Source: Acidobacteriota bacterium
GTDB taxonomy: Bacteria > Acidobacteriota > CAIWXX01
NCBI GenBank assembly: GCA_040755995.1
Contig: JBFMAF010000024.1
Coordinates: 32,001-96,000, forward strand
Direction of reading: 5' to 3'
Length of the DNA stretch: 64,000 nucleotides
Each line of letters opens with the position of its first letter. Position 1 is the stretch's first letter. The position numbers and the translations under genes were made by a program. The notes under the pieces were generated by a model that had not been told where the DNA came from, searched no databases, and saw only the letters and a program-made list of their open reading frames with translations. Positions 30,474-41,130 of this stretch are shown piece after piece.

Positions 30474-31397
30474 GTGGAACAGGACGGCGTCTCCTGTCCT
30501 CCGAGATGCAGCTCCGATACGCCGGCTGCGAGGTCCGGGCATCGGGGATGTCGATGGTTCGCTCTGTTGTCCGCGTTCTGCGTGGCGCTGCTGCCTCAGG
30601 CTCGCTGCGCGAGCGCCGATGAGCGATCGGGAGAAGACGACATGCCTCGGTTCGTCCTGCGACTGGGTGTGTCCTGGACCTACGCACAGGGGCGGATCGC
30701 CGCCGGCGAGAACCTCTACCAGGTCGTGCCCGGGCCATACATCGACCTCGATGAGGACCTGGCGATCAACAGCGGATCATTCTCGGATCACCTTCTGTAC
30801 GAGGTGGAGGCCGATTGGACATTTCTCTCGCAAAACCGGCTCGGGGTGAGGTTGTGGGAAGGGAAGATGCGGTCGGAGGCGACGATGAAGCGCGATTTCC
30901 ACTATGACGACCTTGATTTTTCCGCCGGACAGCACGTGCCTACGCTCTTGCATACGGCGCAACTGGACATCCTTTACGATCGGCGGATCGTGGAGCGGGC
31001 CGGGGTCACTGTGTGGGGCGGCGCAGGAATTCGATATTCCTACTTCAACACCGGGCCCGACCTCTTGGGGAGCCGTGAGGATACCTACGCGCTGATGCCT
31101 GCCCTGCATGCCGAGGTGTGGGTGCCGCTGCGCGGGAATCTGCGCTGGGATAGCGACGTGACTGCATGCTTCTTCGCGCTCGGCGGCCTGCTCGAACAAC
31201 CCGCTGACGGCAGCTCCTACAGCATCGCTTCGCGAATCGGCTGGCGGTTCCACAGCCGCATGGGCCTCGATGCCGGCCTGCGGTATCTGAATGCCAGGCA
31301 GAGATACGCGGGCGAAGAGCCCGATCATGACTTCGGCGACAATCGTGTGGAAGCCCAGTTCCTCTCGCCGATCATCCAATTCGTGGTGTTCCTCTAG
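30474..31397 (+). CDS. Putative outer-membrane beta-barrel protein
   Basis: Alternating beta-strand pattern, aromatic C-terminus (FVVFL); start uncertain (ORF-track start runs into the tRNA). Confidence 0.6.
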   Translation: MEQDGVSCPPRCSSDTPAARSGHRGCRWFALLSAFCVALLPQARCASADERSGEDDMPRFVLRLGVSWTYAQGRIAAGENLYQVVPGPYIDLDEDLAINSGSFSDHLLYEVEADWTFLSQNRLGVRLWEGKMRSEATMKRDFHYDDLDFSAGQHVPTLLHTAQLDILYDRRIVERAGVTVWGGAGIRYSYFNTGPDLLGSREDTYALMPALHAEVWVPLRGNLRWDSDVTACFFALGGLLEQPADGSSYSIASRIGWRFHSRMGLDAGLRYLNARQRYAGEEPDHDFGDNRVEAQFLSPIIQFVVFL

Positions 31398-31418
31398 CCA
31401 CTAGGGAGTCTCAGACCG

Positions 31419-32870
31419 ATGAACCATGACCAGCTCCTCCGTACCCAGGCCGAAGGCCGGAACCTGCGCCCGTACGCGCGCCCGCTCGGAATCGGGATGA
31501 TGCTCGCCAGAACTGCGGCAATGATGGGCCGGCTATTTGCCCTGGCCGTTCTCCTCTCGCCGGCGCTCGTTGCACAGACGAGCTCGGAAACCCCCGTCGT
31601 CGTCGTTTCGATCGACGGATTGAAACCAGACTGCGTGCTGGAGGCGACCAAGTACGGCTTGAGGATCCCGAATCTCAGGCGGTTCTTGACCGAGGGAGCT
31701 TATGCATCAGGTGTGGCGGGTGTTCTACCGAGCTCCACCTTCCCAAGCCACACTACTCTGATGACAGGTGTATCCCCCGCGAAACACGGGATCTACGCCA
31801 ACAGGCCATTCGATCCCTTCGGCAAAAACATGGGCGGGTCGTGCTTCTACGCCGAAGACATCAGAGTGCCGGCGCTGTGGGACGCCGCCGCCAGGAAAGG
31901 ACTGACCACGGGCGCCGTCCACTGGCCCGTCACCGTCGGTGCCGACATCACCTGCAACATCCCGGCCTACTGGCGCACTGGCACCGAGGACGATATCAAG
32001 CTCCTTCGCGTGCTCTCGACCCCAGGGCTCTTCGCCGAGATCGAGCGCGCAGTCGGACCGTACGCTGCGAGCAACGATGAATCGTTTGCTGCAGACGAAC
32101 GCCGCCTGGCCTACGCAGTCCAACTGTATGCCACGAAGAAGCCACGGCTGATGCTGATCCACCTGGATTCGCTGGATGGGGTGCAGCACAAGCAGGGGCC
32201 TTACTCGCGCGACTCGTTCGAAACGATCGAGCACATCGATGCGCTCCTCGGCACCATCCGATCCAGCGCCGGCATCGACCTTCACCGCGCCATCCTCTGC
32301 GTCGTCTCCGACCACGGTTTCGCCCCCGTGAGCAGGGAAGTCCGCCTGAACTTCGCTCTCCGGAACGCTGCATTGCTGACTGTGGATCAGGATGGCAAGC
32401 TCACGGACTACCGGGCCATCATCCACAGTGCAGGCGGATCGGCTGCTGTCCGCCTCAAGGACCCTGGCGACCACGCTGCCCGGCTCAAGACTCGAGAACT
32501 GCTCGATAGCCTCACCCGTGATCCCACCAGCGGCGTATTGCGTTTCTACGAAGGCGATCAAATCGCCGGCCTGCGCGGGTTCCCGGACGCGGATTTCGTG
32601 GTCATGGCCAGGATCGGCTTCACTTTCGTGAGCAGCTTCGAGGGGCCGATTGTGAAGAGCGTCGTGCCCCGCGGCAACCACGGCTACTCGCCGGAGCTCA
32701 CCGAGATGGACTCGGCCTTCTTCATCAGCGGCCCGGGAATACCAACCGGTCGTGCCCTCGGCCGAATGGACATGCGCGACGTGGCGCCGACGCTGGCAGA
32801 GCTGCTCGGCGTGGAGCTGCCGGGCGCAGAGGGGCGGGACCTCCTCGCAGTGTCGAAGACCGCCCCGTGA
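31419..32870 (+). CDS. Alkaline phosphatase superfamily nucleotide pyrophosphatase/phosphodiesterase
   Basis: SIDG, PSSTFPSH, SDHG, GNHGY, DVAPT; start may be later. Confidence 0.92.
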   Translation: MNHDQLLRTQAEGRNLRPYARPLGIGMMLARTAAMMGRLFALAVLLSPALVAQTSSETPVVVVSIDGLKPDCVLEATKYGLRIPNLRRFLTEGAYASGVAGVLPSSTFPSHTTLMTGVSPAKHGIYANRPFDPFGKNMGGSCFYAEDIRVPALWDAAARKGLTTGAVHWPVTVGADITCNIPAYWRTGTEDDIKLLRVLSTPGLFAEIERAVGPYAASNDESFAADERRLAYAVQLYATKKPRLMLIHLDSLDGVQHKQGPYSRDSFETIEHIDALLGTIRSSAGIDLHRAILCVVSDHGFAPVSREVRLNFALRNAALLTVDQDGKLTDYRAIIHSAGGSAAVRLKDPGDHAARLKTRELLDSLTRDPTSGVLRFYEGDQIAGLRGFPDADFVVMARIGFTFVSSFEGPIVKSVVPRGNHGYSPELTEMDSAFFISGPGIPTGRALGRMDMRDVAPTLAELLGVELPGAEGRDLLAVSKTAP

Positions 32871-33520
32871 GAGTTTTCCGTCAAACGGAGGCATCGTTCG
32901 TGAGCTTCAAGAATGAAAGACGCGTGCTTCTCTTCGCGGTGACGGCCGTGTTCATCCTGCTGGGCGTGTCGCCCAAGGCCGACCGGTTCACATGGCTGCT
33001 CGAGAATCTCCCGGTGATGCTCGGCGCCGGCGCGCTGCTCGCAACGAACAGCCGCTTTCCGCTCTCGCGGCTGACGTATCGCCTCCTGGCCGTCCACGCG
33101 GCGATCCTCATGGTCGGCGGCCATTGGACATACGCCGAAGTGCCGCTCGGATTCTGGGCGATGCGTGCGTTCGACCTCTCGCGCAATCACTACGACCGCA
33201 TCGGCCACTTCGCCCAGGGATTCGTGCCGGCGATACTGGTCCGTGAGGTGCTCCTCAGGCGCTCGCCACTGCGGCCGGGCGGCTGGGTCTTCTTCCTGGC
33301 AACCTGCGTCTGCCTCGCGCTGAGCGCCTTCTACGAATTCATCGAGTGGTGGGTCGCGCTGGCCACAGGCGAGGGCGCCACGGCGTTCCTCGGCACGCAA
33401 GGCGACGTCTGGGATGCCCAGTGGGACATGTTCCTCTGTACGATCGGGGCGATCCTCTCGCAGCTGCTGCTCGCCGGCTTCCACGATCGCAGCATGAGGG
33501 AGTTACCGGGCACGGTTTGA
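32867..33520 (+). CDS. DUF2238 (YjdF-like) membrane protein
   Basis: GGHWTYAEVP, RNHYDRIGHF, FLGTQGDVWDAQWDM. Confidence 0.92.
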   Translation: MRVFRQTEASFVSFKNERRVLLFAVTAVFILLGVSPKADRFTWLLENLPVMLGAGALLATNSRFPLSRLTYRLLAVHAAILMVGGHWTYAEVPLGFWAMRAFDLSRNHYDRIGHFAQGFVPAILVREVLLRRSPLRPGGWVFFLATCVCLALSAFYEFIEWWVALATGEGATAFLGTQGDVWDAQWDMFLCTIGAILSQLLLAGFHDRSMRELPGTV

Positions 33521-33557
33521 GCCTCGGCGCATGTATGGGCGCCAACGGCCGCCGCCG

Positions 33558-34325
33558 TCAGCACCGGGCCATGACGACGATGTCCGGCGAGCGGGGCGAG
33601 AAGGCAGCCAGCGCGTAGTCGGAGTAAGTGCCGATGAGGCGGTAGCCGGTATGGCGGAGCTGCCGTCGCAGCTCGGCCCGGCTCCATGCCCTCACACGAC
33701 TCACCGTCCCGCTGGCCTGCAGCTTTCCCTCTCCGCGTTCCAGCTTGAACGCCTGCAGGTCGACCATGTGTGCATGGCGCGCCACGGCCCCGAGGTGATA
33801 TGCGCGGAAGTAGATGGCCTCGGGCGTATCGCGCAGGCCGAGCGTTACCACGGAGCCGGCTTTGAGAGACTCGTAGTTGCGGACCTGGAGAAGCACCACT
33901 CCGCCGTAGCCCATGAGCCGGCGCATGGCTCGGAGCACGGCCTGGAGCTCGGGCACGGTCCTGATGGAGGCCAGCGTGTTCCCGATGCTCATCACGACAT
34001 CGTATCTGCCCCTCAACTCACCGAGAGACTCTGCGAACCGGATTCCCATCCCGTCCGCATTCCGTTGGGCGATATCGAGCATCTCGCGGCTGTTGTCGAC
34101 CCCAGCCACGCGGTACCCGAGCTTCCTGAGCTCGATCGCGTGCCTCCCCGTGCCACAACCGAAATCGACCAGAGACTCCACGAGATGCCGGCGCCAGATC
34201 GCGTCGATGAGCGGGATCTCGCGGCTGAGGCGCTGATCCCAGTCGATCATCCGATCGTAGTCCGCGGCGATGCTGTCGAAGACCGGCGGCCCGAAGTTCC
34301 GCTTGAGGCGTGCGGTATTGCTCAA
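33558..34325 (-). CDS. Class I SAM-dependent methyltransferase
   Basis: VDFGCGTG, GVDNS; TTG start overlaps upstream stop (TTGA). Confidence 0.88.
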   Translation of the reverse strand: MSNTARLKRNFGPPVFDSIAADYDRMIDWDQRLSREIPLIDAIWRRHLVESLVDFGCGTGRHAIELRKLGYRVAGVDNSREMLDIAQRNADGMGIRFAESLGELRGRYDVVMSIGNTLASIRTVPELQAVLRAMRRLMGYGGVVLLQVRNYESLKAGSVVTLGLRDTPEAIYFRAYHLGAVARHAHMVDLQAFKLERGEGKLQASGTVSRVRAWSRAELRRQLRHTGYRLIGTYSDYALAAFSPRSPDIVVMARC

Positions 34326-34714
34326 AATTCCACCTCGAAGTCGGTTTCGCCCAGTACATCGCGGATTTTGGCCACGAGCGCCGCGTAATCGCCTGTTTTC
34401 TGGACGAGGCCGGCGGCCCCGGCCCGCATGCACTCCTCGATCAGGGCGGCATCGGCCTGCGAGGAGTAGATGACGACCGGGATACGGGCTGTGACCGGGT
34501 TGCCCCGCAGCTCTTCAACGACTCGATCCCCGCACATGCCGGGCAGCGTGTAGTCGCAGAGCACCACCGCCGGACGGCTGCGAATCGCTAGCTCGATGCC
34601 GCTGTAGCCGTTGTCCGCGCTGATGCTGTTGTATCCGGCCTTGGCCAGCTCGCGCGCCGTCCGCGCGACCTGGACCTTGCTGTCGTCGATAATCAGTATG
34701 GTCTGTCCCGGCAT
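34322..34714 (-). CDS. Single-domain response regulator
   Basis: ILIIDDS, LCD, IPVVIYS, QK. Confidence 0.9.
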   Translation of the reverse strand: MPGQTILIIDDSKVQVARTARELAKAGYNSISADNGYSGIELAIRSRPAVVLCDYTLPGMCGDRVVEELRGNPVTARIPVVIYSSQADAALIEECMRAGAAGLVQKTGDYAALVAKIRDVLGETDFEVEF

Positions 34715-34777
34715 CGGCAGCTAGCTTAACGCTACAGCCCCCGGCCGTCAAACCATGGTTCACGGTTCGGCGTCGGA

Positions 34778-34805
34778 TCAGTTGATAGTTGTCGGTCGTC
34801 AGTTG
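34778..34805 (-). repeat. Heptamer tandem repeat, CAACTGA family
   Basis: Minus strand CAACTGA CGACCGA CAACTAT CAACTGA. Confidence 0.7.
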
Positions 34806-34999
34806 ACGAGCAGGCGCCTTTCCTACAGGCCCGACGTCACACGACCTATCTCGATCCCGGCCCCGGGACCGACCCGCATGCCGCTGCTGATTCCCCGGAC
34901 GGAGGCGTTGATGTTGATGATCACGCGTTCTTTGATTTCCTCGCACGGTTGCGCTAGTGTAGAGAACCGCTTGACACAGGCGACAAAGGAGACGAATTC

Positions 35000-36217
35000 A
35001 TGCAGAAGCTGAGCGCGAAGAGCAGGAAATTCATCGACATGATCGAGAAGTATGGGGCTCATAACTACCATCCGCTGCCCCTGGTGATCACAAAGGCCAA
35101 GGGCGTCTGGGTCTGGGACCCGGACGGCAAGAAATACATGGACATGCTCTCCTCATACTCGGCGCTCAACCAGGGCCACATGCACCCGAGGATCGTCGCG
35201 GCCGCTAAAGCTCAATTATCATCTGCGACCCTCACGTCGCGGGCATTCTACAATGACCAGATGGGACCGTTCCTGAAGAAGGCTGTCAACCTGTGCCGGA
35301 TGGAGGCAGCGCTGCCGATGAACACCGGCGCCGAAGCCGTCGAGACCGCGATCAAGACGGCGCGGAAGTGGGGATACAAGAAGAAGGGCGTGGCCGATGA
35401 CAAGGCCGAGATCATCTGCTGCGAAAACAACTTCCACGGACGCACGTCGACCATAGTCGGCTTCTCGTCGGATTTCCAGTACCGTGACGGATTCGGCCCC
35501 TTTGCGCCGGGCTTCAAGCTCATACCGTTCGGCGACCTCGATGCCCTGCGCGCCGCCGTCACGGAAAACACGGTGGGATTCCTGGTGGAACCGATCCAGG
35601 CGGAGGCGGGCATCCTGATGCCGCCCGACGGATACCTGCGCGGCGCGCGGGCCGTATGCAGTGAGAAGAAAATCCTCTTCATCCTCGACGAGATCCAGAC
35701 CGGTCTCGCGCGGACGGGCAAGATGTTCGCGTGGGAACACGAGGGCCCCGAGGCCAAGCCCGACATGATCATTCTCGGCAAGGCGCTGGGCGGCGGAATC
35801 GTCCCGGTCTCGCTCGTCGTCTCGAGCTGGGACGTGATGGACGTATACAAGCCGGGTGACCACGGAAGCACTTTCGGCGGCAACCCGCTCGCCTGCGCCG
35901 TCGGCATTGCGGCTCTGGAGGTGCTGGTGAAGGAGAAGCTGGTGACCGCGTCGAAGAAGATGGGCGCCTACTTCATGTCTCGGCTCCAGCAGCTGAACAG
36001 CCCTCACGTCAAGGAGATCCGCGGCCGCGGGCTGCTCATCGGCGTCGAGATCAAGGCCGAGAGAGGGAAGGCGCGCCCTTACTGCGAAGCGCTCATGGAG
36101 AAGGGTGTGCTCTGCAAGGAGACCCACGAAAGCGTCATCCGGTTCGCCCCGCCGCTGACCATCACCAAGAACGAAATCGACTGGGCCGTCGATCGCGTGC
36201 GCGAGGTCCTCTGCTAG
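35000..36217 (+). CDS. rocD: Ornithine--oxo-acid transaminase
   Basis: YGAHNYHPLP, YSALNQGH, DEIQTG, LGKALGGG, HGSTFGGNP. Confidence 0.95.
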   Translation: MQKLSAKSRKFIDMIEKYGAHNYHPLPLVITKAKGVWVWDPDGKKYMDMLSSYSALNQGHMHPRIVAAAKAQLSSATLTSRAFYNDQMGPFLKKAVNLCRMEAALPMNTGAEAVETAIKTARKWGYKKKGVADDKAEIICCENNFHGRTSTIVGFSSDFQYRDGFGPFAPGFKLIPFGDLDALRAAVTENTVGFLVEPIQAEAGILMPPDGYLRGARAVCSEKKILFILDEIQTGLARTGKMFAWEHEGPEAKPDMIILGKALGGGIVPVSLVVSSWDVMDVYKPGDHGSTFGGNPLACAVGIAALEVLVKEKLVTASKKMGAYFMSRLQQLNSPHVKEIRGRGLLIGVEIKAERGKARPYCEALMEKGVLCKETHESVIRFAPPLTITKNEIDWAVDRVREVLC

Positions 36218-36387
36218 TTCTGTATGAGGCGAGAACCGCGTCCCACGTACTCGTTCCCGTACACGATTGCGGCCCCGGAGAGCTACGGGTACTGGCCTTC
36301 GGCCTCGGCGCCGGTACTTCAACAGCCAGTCGGTCCGAGTCGGAGCCTCGCTAGCAGCGGGGCGAGAGGGGTCAGGTCGGAGGCCCG

Positions 36388-37653
36388 ATGAGCACCCACC
36401 CAGGTCCTCGCCGGATAATCACGATCGCGTCGGCGAAGGGTGGAGTGGGCAAGACGACCCTCGCGATCAACTACGGCCTCGCGCTGAGCGACTACGGCAA
36501 GACTGTGCTCTTCGACTTCGACTTCGAGACCGGGTCCGTGCGCTCCTTTCTGGACATGGACTTCGACAGGGACCTCTATCATTTCCTCCGGAAGGGAGAT
36601 TCACTGGAGAGCTGCGTGGTGCCGCTGCCGAAGCGGCTCGATCCGCAGCAGCGCTACCCCAATTTCGGCGTCATCGCCTCGCCAAGGCACTTCATGGAGG
36701 AGTGGACGCGCGTCAAGCGGCCTACGCAGCACCGCCTCGCGGGCGCGATACACCGGCTGCCGGTCGACTACGTGATCCTCGACATGAAGGCCGGGCTCTC
36801 CGACGAGATCATCGACGCCATGCCTTACTCGAATTCCGGCATCCTTATCTTCACCCCTCGCCTGCTTGCCGCAACCTCCGCCGCCGCCTACCTCGTGAAG
36901 GCGCAGCTCTTCCGCAAGCTCCAGGTCATGTTCTCGCCGCATTCTCCGATTGTCGAGGGGCTCTCGTACCTCCAGGTCTCCGAGATCCAGGCGCTGCTGC
37001 ATCGCGCCGACGACGTCTACGACAGGGAGATCCAGAATCTTGACACGGTCTTCGACATTCTACAGAAGAAGTTCGGCGAACACCCGGTCGTCACGGCCAT
37101 GGCCCGCACACTGGGAACTTTCCAGGTGCACTATGTCTTGAACCATTTCACCGGTGTCGAAGAGTCGTATCAGAAGGCGGTGAAGCCTTTCGTCGAAGCG
37201 CTCACAGAGATCGTGTCGTCGCGCCTCAAGGTGCGGAACCTGGGCTGGGTGCAGTACCACGAGTCGATCCACGACGCCAACTGCCGCCGGGTGCCGGTGA
37301 TGCTGGGTGGAGGCGTCTCGCGGCAGGCGGCTGAGGCGGCGAAGCAGCGTGAGGTCTTGCTGGAGCTGGCCGAGCTGGCCGATGCGCCTCGGTTGGGCAG
37401 GCGACCCGGACCCGCCAAGAAACCTGCGCTCGACCGGTACCTGGCCGAGCAGCTCGGGCAGCTCGAAGCCACCTACGGCCGGATGAAGAACCGGAGCATC
37501 CCGGAGGATTTCGACTACATCGCCGCCGCCAGCATCCACCTGATGCAGGCGGAAAGACCCTATCACTTCGGCGACGTGCGCATCCTGGACGCCGCGGATC
37601 TGCAGCGAATGATCCTCGATTTCCATCGCCAGGGGGCGGCGCAGGGGAGTTGA
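36388..37653 (+). CDS. MinD/FlhG-like P-loop ATPase with long C-terminal extension
   Basis: Deviant Walker A KGGVGKTT, DYVILD. Confidence 0.8.
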   Translation: MSTHPGPRRIITIASAKGGVGKTTLAINYGLALSDYGKTVLFDFDFETGSVRSFLDMDFDRDLYHFLRKGDSLESCVVPLPKRLDPQQRYPNFGVIASPRHFMEEWTRVKRPTQHRLAGAIHRLPVDYVILDMKAGLSDEIIDAMPYSNSGILIFTPRLLAATSAAAYLVKAQLFRKLQVMFSPHSPIVEGLSYLQVSEIQALLHRADDVYDREIQNLDTVFDILQKKFGEHPVVTAMARTLGTFQVHYVLNHFTGVEESYQKAVKPFVEALTEIVSSRLKVRNLGWVQYHESIHDANCRRVPVMLGGGVSRQAAEAAKQREVLLELAELADAPRLGRRPGPAKKPALDRYLAEQLGQLEATYGRMKNRSIPEDFDYIAAASIHLMQAERPYHFGDVRILDAADLQRMILDFHRQGAAQGS

Positions 37654-37682
37654 GGCGGAGGCGCCGGGCGACAGGGGTCTCG

Positions 37683-38618
37683 TCAGATCAGTGCCGACCG
37701 AAGTGCCATCGCACACGCGATGGCGAGCAGCCCCGCGAGCGCGACCGTGGCGACCCGCCACACTCCTTCTCGTCTCCTCCTGATCTCCTCCCGCTGCTCC
37801 ACGAGGGCTCCCAAGATCATCCCCGTCGCGAGACCGCCCAGGTGGGCCAGGTTGTCGGCTCCCACGAGCAGTCCGAACACAAACCCATAGATCGCCCACC
37901 GCACCATGAACGCCTTCACATCGCGCCCGCGTGCACTCTTGAGGCGATGGAAGTAGGCGATCGAAAAGCCGATCAGGCCGAAGAGCGCACCCGACGCGCC
38001 GGCTACGACAACCGGGTAGGGTCGCAAGAACAGCGTCGCCAGCGATCCCCCGAGACCGGTCAGGAGGAAGACGCAGAAGTAGCGGCTCGATCCTATCTCC
38101 TCTTCGAGGAAGGTCGAGACGCTCAGGAGCGCCATCGTGTTGAAGCCCAGATGAATGATGCCGATATGAAGGAACATGCACGTGAGCAGCCGCCACCATT
38201 CGCCGGCGAAGACGGCTGGAGAGTACAACGCACCCATGCGAACAAGAAGCTCCGGCGGCGGCGCAAGCAGACTCAGCCAGCCTCCCTGTAGAATCGTGGC
38301 TCCGAAGCCGAGGAAGATCAGTCCGGACAGGACGCCTGTGGTGACGGCCATGCCGGGCATGACGAGGCCGAAGACGCGATACAGAAACCAGGCGAAGGAC
38401 GATGGCAGGGAGCGCCCGCAGACCTCACACTTCCGCTGGTCGCCGGCGGCGAGAGCGCCGCAGCGACAGACCTTCTGCGTCGTGCGCAGGCGTCTGGCGA
38501 CGTTGCTGTCGGCGCAGAAGGCGTAGGCGACGCGCCCCTTGAAGTTCCTCCACCTCCACTGCCACCATACCCAGCTGATGCCGAGTGACTCCAGAAGCCG
38601 CTTCAACGACTCATTCAT
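37683..38618 (-). CDS. Rhomboid family intramembrane serine protease with N-terminal Zn-ribbon
   Basis: WWRLLT, FLH...HLGFN, GASG, AHLGG; CxC/CxxC; ATGA overlap with upstream gene. Confidence 0.92.
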   Translation of the reverse strand: MNESLKRLLESLGISWVWWQWRWRNFKGRVAYAFCADSNVARRLRTTQKVCRCGALAAGDQRKCEVCGRSLPSSFAWFLYRVFGLVMPGMAVTTGVLSGLIFLGFGATILQGGWLSLLAPPPELLVRMGALYSPAVFAGEWWRLLTCMFLHIGIIHLGFNTMALLSVSTFLEEEIGSSRYFCVFLLTGLGGSLATLFLRPYPVVVAGASGALFGLIGFSIAYFHRLKSARGRDVKAFMVRWAIYGFVFGLLVGADNLAHLGGLATGMILGALVEQREEIRRRREGVWRVATVALAGLLAIACAMALRSALI

Positions 38619-40909
38619 GACCCGCTCCCCTCGAACTCCATGTCCACGAAAACCCCCAGCAGGCGCGTGTCTCCGCCCTGGCGAGGGACGAACCCCTTCG
38701 GGGTCCTGATCATGACTCGATACAGCCTCTTCCGGTCCCACCAGCGGTAGGTCCACGGCAGGGGGATCAGAAACCTCTGATCTCCGTCAATGCCCATTTC
38801 CTGACAGATGGTTCGATTGTAGACCTCGAGCGTGAGCCGGTTGGGCGACGGGGACGAAACGGCCAGCTGGATCGAGTGAGGCAGCGATTCCGACTCCACG
38901 AGCACCTCCGTCGACCGGCCTCCCTTCGTCCAGAAGCCGCCCAGCTCGGGGCCGAAGTTAGTCGAATCCATGCGATGTATCCGGGCGGCGCGAAGCGATT
39001 CGGCGGGCCCGTCGAGTGCGTAACCGGGTTCCAGCAAGTTCGTCACCCCGATCACGACGGTGCCCGCACAGATCAGAATCACGCCGGCGAGGGACGATCG
39101 GGACCCGGCCACCGGCTCGCGCGACCTTCTCAGACTTCGCACAAACAGAATCATCATCACGGCGAAGACGCCCAGCCAGCTCCACACGGCCGCATGATTG
39201 AACCGGCCCCTCTCGAGGAACTGCGGCACGAGCGTCGTCAGATTGAGATATGGAGTGGACAGATAGCTGAGGAAGAGGCTCCACCCCTCCCAGTTGTGGT
39301 TGCTGATCGTGTCATACAGCAGATAGCTGTTCTGGAGCAGGACGAGCGTCGCGAGGCCGGTGACCACCAGAAGGGTGTTCTGCAGGACCTTCCAGGCGCC
39401 TCGCGACCATCCCAGAAACGCCGCGATGAACACAGCCAGCAGCGGCGTGATCGAGACCATCGGGCGGCTGGGAGGTGCCTGCCCACCCCAGCTCATGTTC
39501 CACGCATAGAAGAGCACGTAGAATGATACGATGGCGGCCACGACCCAGCCCGACCTGCGGTCGCGGTGCCAGAACAGGATGGCGCCCGGAAACGCCAGCA
39601 GGTAGATTGGGGAGAACACCAGGAGCCCGACGCGCTGGTCGTAGAAGTAGCCAAGCAGCGCCCGGGAACGTTCGAGCACCGTGCCGGCGGAGATTCCCTG
39701 CATGTCCTCAGGGCCGCGATTCCACGGCGGGTGATAGATAGCCTTCGGCGAGTAAGCGCCATAGTAGTGCCCCAGGAAGAGAAGAAGGAGGCCGGCGGAG
39801 AGCGCCAGAGGCAGAAGAAACACTACATATGTAGTAATCCTCCGATCGCCCTCCCCGAGGCGCAGGATCGCGAAGACCAGCGTGAAAATGACCGCGAAGA
39901 TCGCATACTTCGTCCCCAGCCACGGCATAGCCGCGAGGCACACGGAGGCCAGCAGATAGGCGATCGGCCTCCGCCTCTGGAGGATGAGCCGGAGGGCCGT
40001 GACCATGAGCAGACCGGCGAGGACCTCGGGGTAGACGCACCGGGAGTAGAACACCAGCGGAGGCGCAAGCGCCAGGATGGCCGTAGCGCCCAAGGCCTGT
40101 TTCGCGTTCGCGAGAAGCAGCAGCACGAGGAGAAACGCCTGCGACACCAACAGCGCCGTGTAGAAGCTCATGCCCGCACGAATGAAGAAGTGCATCCACG
40201 GCGGGTCCATCCGATGCGAGACCCAATAGAACGGGACCAGCGAGACGGCGGTGCCCGGCATGTGAATGGAGTAGCTCCACTGGCGTTGCCGGTCCTTGGC
40301 GTGCGTGTGCGCCTCCATCTCGCCCGGGTAGAACCGCCGGTAGTCCTTGTTCAGATAGTAGTTGTCGTAGAGGTTCGTGTCGCCTTCGTGAACAATCGAG
40401 TGAGTCAGGATGAGGTAGTGAGGCTCGTCTCCGGTGAAGGGGAAAACGGGAAAGAGCAGATTGGAGCTCAGGAACAGGTAGATCACGAGCGCCGCGCCGA
40501 ACACAGTCCACGCCTGCGTTCGCGGCGAGGCCGCTGCGAACCGGTCGAGCGCCCGCCGGGCTGCATCCAGTCCCGGCCAGCGGGCGGCGATGACGCAACG
40601 CAGAACAAGCGATGCGGCCAGCGCGAAGACCAGCGTCGGGATGACCTCGTTGTTGGCAAGGAAGAAGCACGGCTTGAGCGGCTGAAGGATCAGCACGAGC
40701 AACGGCAGGTTGACCATCGCTTCGAACCTGGCAGTGTGTGCCCTGGCCAGCAGAACCGCCAGCAGCCCGGCTCCAACCAGAAGCGGAATCAGCCACGCCG
40801 GCGCGAAGAAGCCTTCGGGGCGATTGATATCCCAGCTCCGGAAGAGCCACCACCCGCGTATTCCGAACGCGAGCGCTACACTCTCGATCGCCAGCAGCAC
40901 CACGAACAT
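38615..40909 (-). CDS. Polytopic membrane protein, GT-C fold glycosyltransferase-like
   Basis: TGDEPHY motif after first TMs, YPE, many TMs, C-terminal DTRLLGV domain. Confidence 0.75.
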   Translation of the reverse strand: MFVVLLAIESVALAFGIRGWWLFRSWDINRPEGFFAPAWLIPLLVGAGLLAVLLARAHTARFEAMVNLPLLVLILQPLKPCFFLANNEVIPTLVFALAASLVLRCVIAARWPGLDAARRALDRFAAASPRTQAWTVFGAALVIYLFLSSNLLFPVFPFTGDEPHYLILTHSIVHEGDTNLYDNYYLNKDYRRFYPGEMEAHTHAKDRQRQWSYSIHMPGTAVSLVPFYWVSHRMDPPWMHFFIRAGMSFYTALLVSQAFLLVLLLLANAKQALGATAILALAPPLVFYSRCVYPEVLAGLLMVTALRLILQRRRPIAYLLASVCLAAMPWLGTKYAIFAVIFTLVFAILRLGEGDRRITTYVVFLLPLALSAGLLLLFLGHYYGAYSPKAIYHPPWNRGPEDMQGISAGTVLERSRALLGYFYDQRVGLLVFSPIYLLAFPGAILFWHRDRRSGWVVAAIVSFYVLFYAWNMSWGGQAPPSRPMVSITPLLAVFIAAFLGWSRGAWKVLQNTLLVVTGLATLVLLQNSYLLYDTISNHNWEGWSLFLSYLSTPYLNLTTLVPQFLERGRFNHAAVWSWLGVFAVMMILFVRSLRRSREPVAGSRSSLAGVILICAGTVVIGVTNLLEPGYALDGPAESLRAARIHRMDSTNFGPELGGFWTKGGRSTEVLVESESLPHSIQLAVSSPSPNRLTLEVYNRTICQEMGIDGDQRFLIPLPWTYRWWDRKRLYRVMIRTPKGFVPRQGGDTRLLGVFVDMEFEGSGS

Positions 40910-41130
40910 GTGGCGAATTGTAGGGCGTGGGCTCCGCGCAGTCAACGAGCGGCGCTGTATGCGCGTGGGGGTAGGGGGTACGTGGGGAGGGCTGGGGCCA
41001 TCCCCGCGAATACAGCGCGTCACACATTGCGTCCACTCGTTCAACCTATCGTGGACTTGTGATGCGCTGTATACCCGCGGCACTTGATATCTCGCCGGCG
41101 GCGGCTATGTTCTGCTCGATGGAGGATTGA

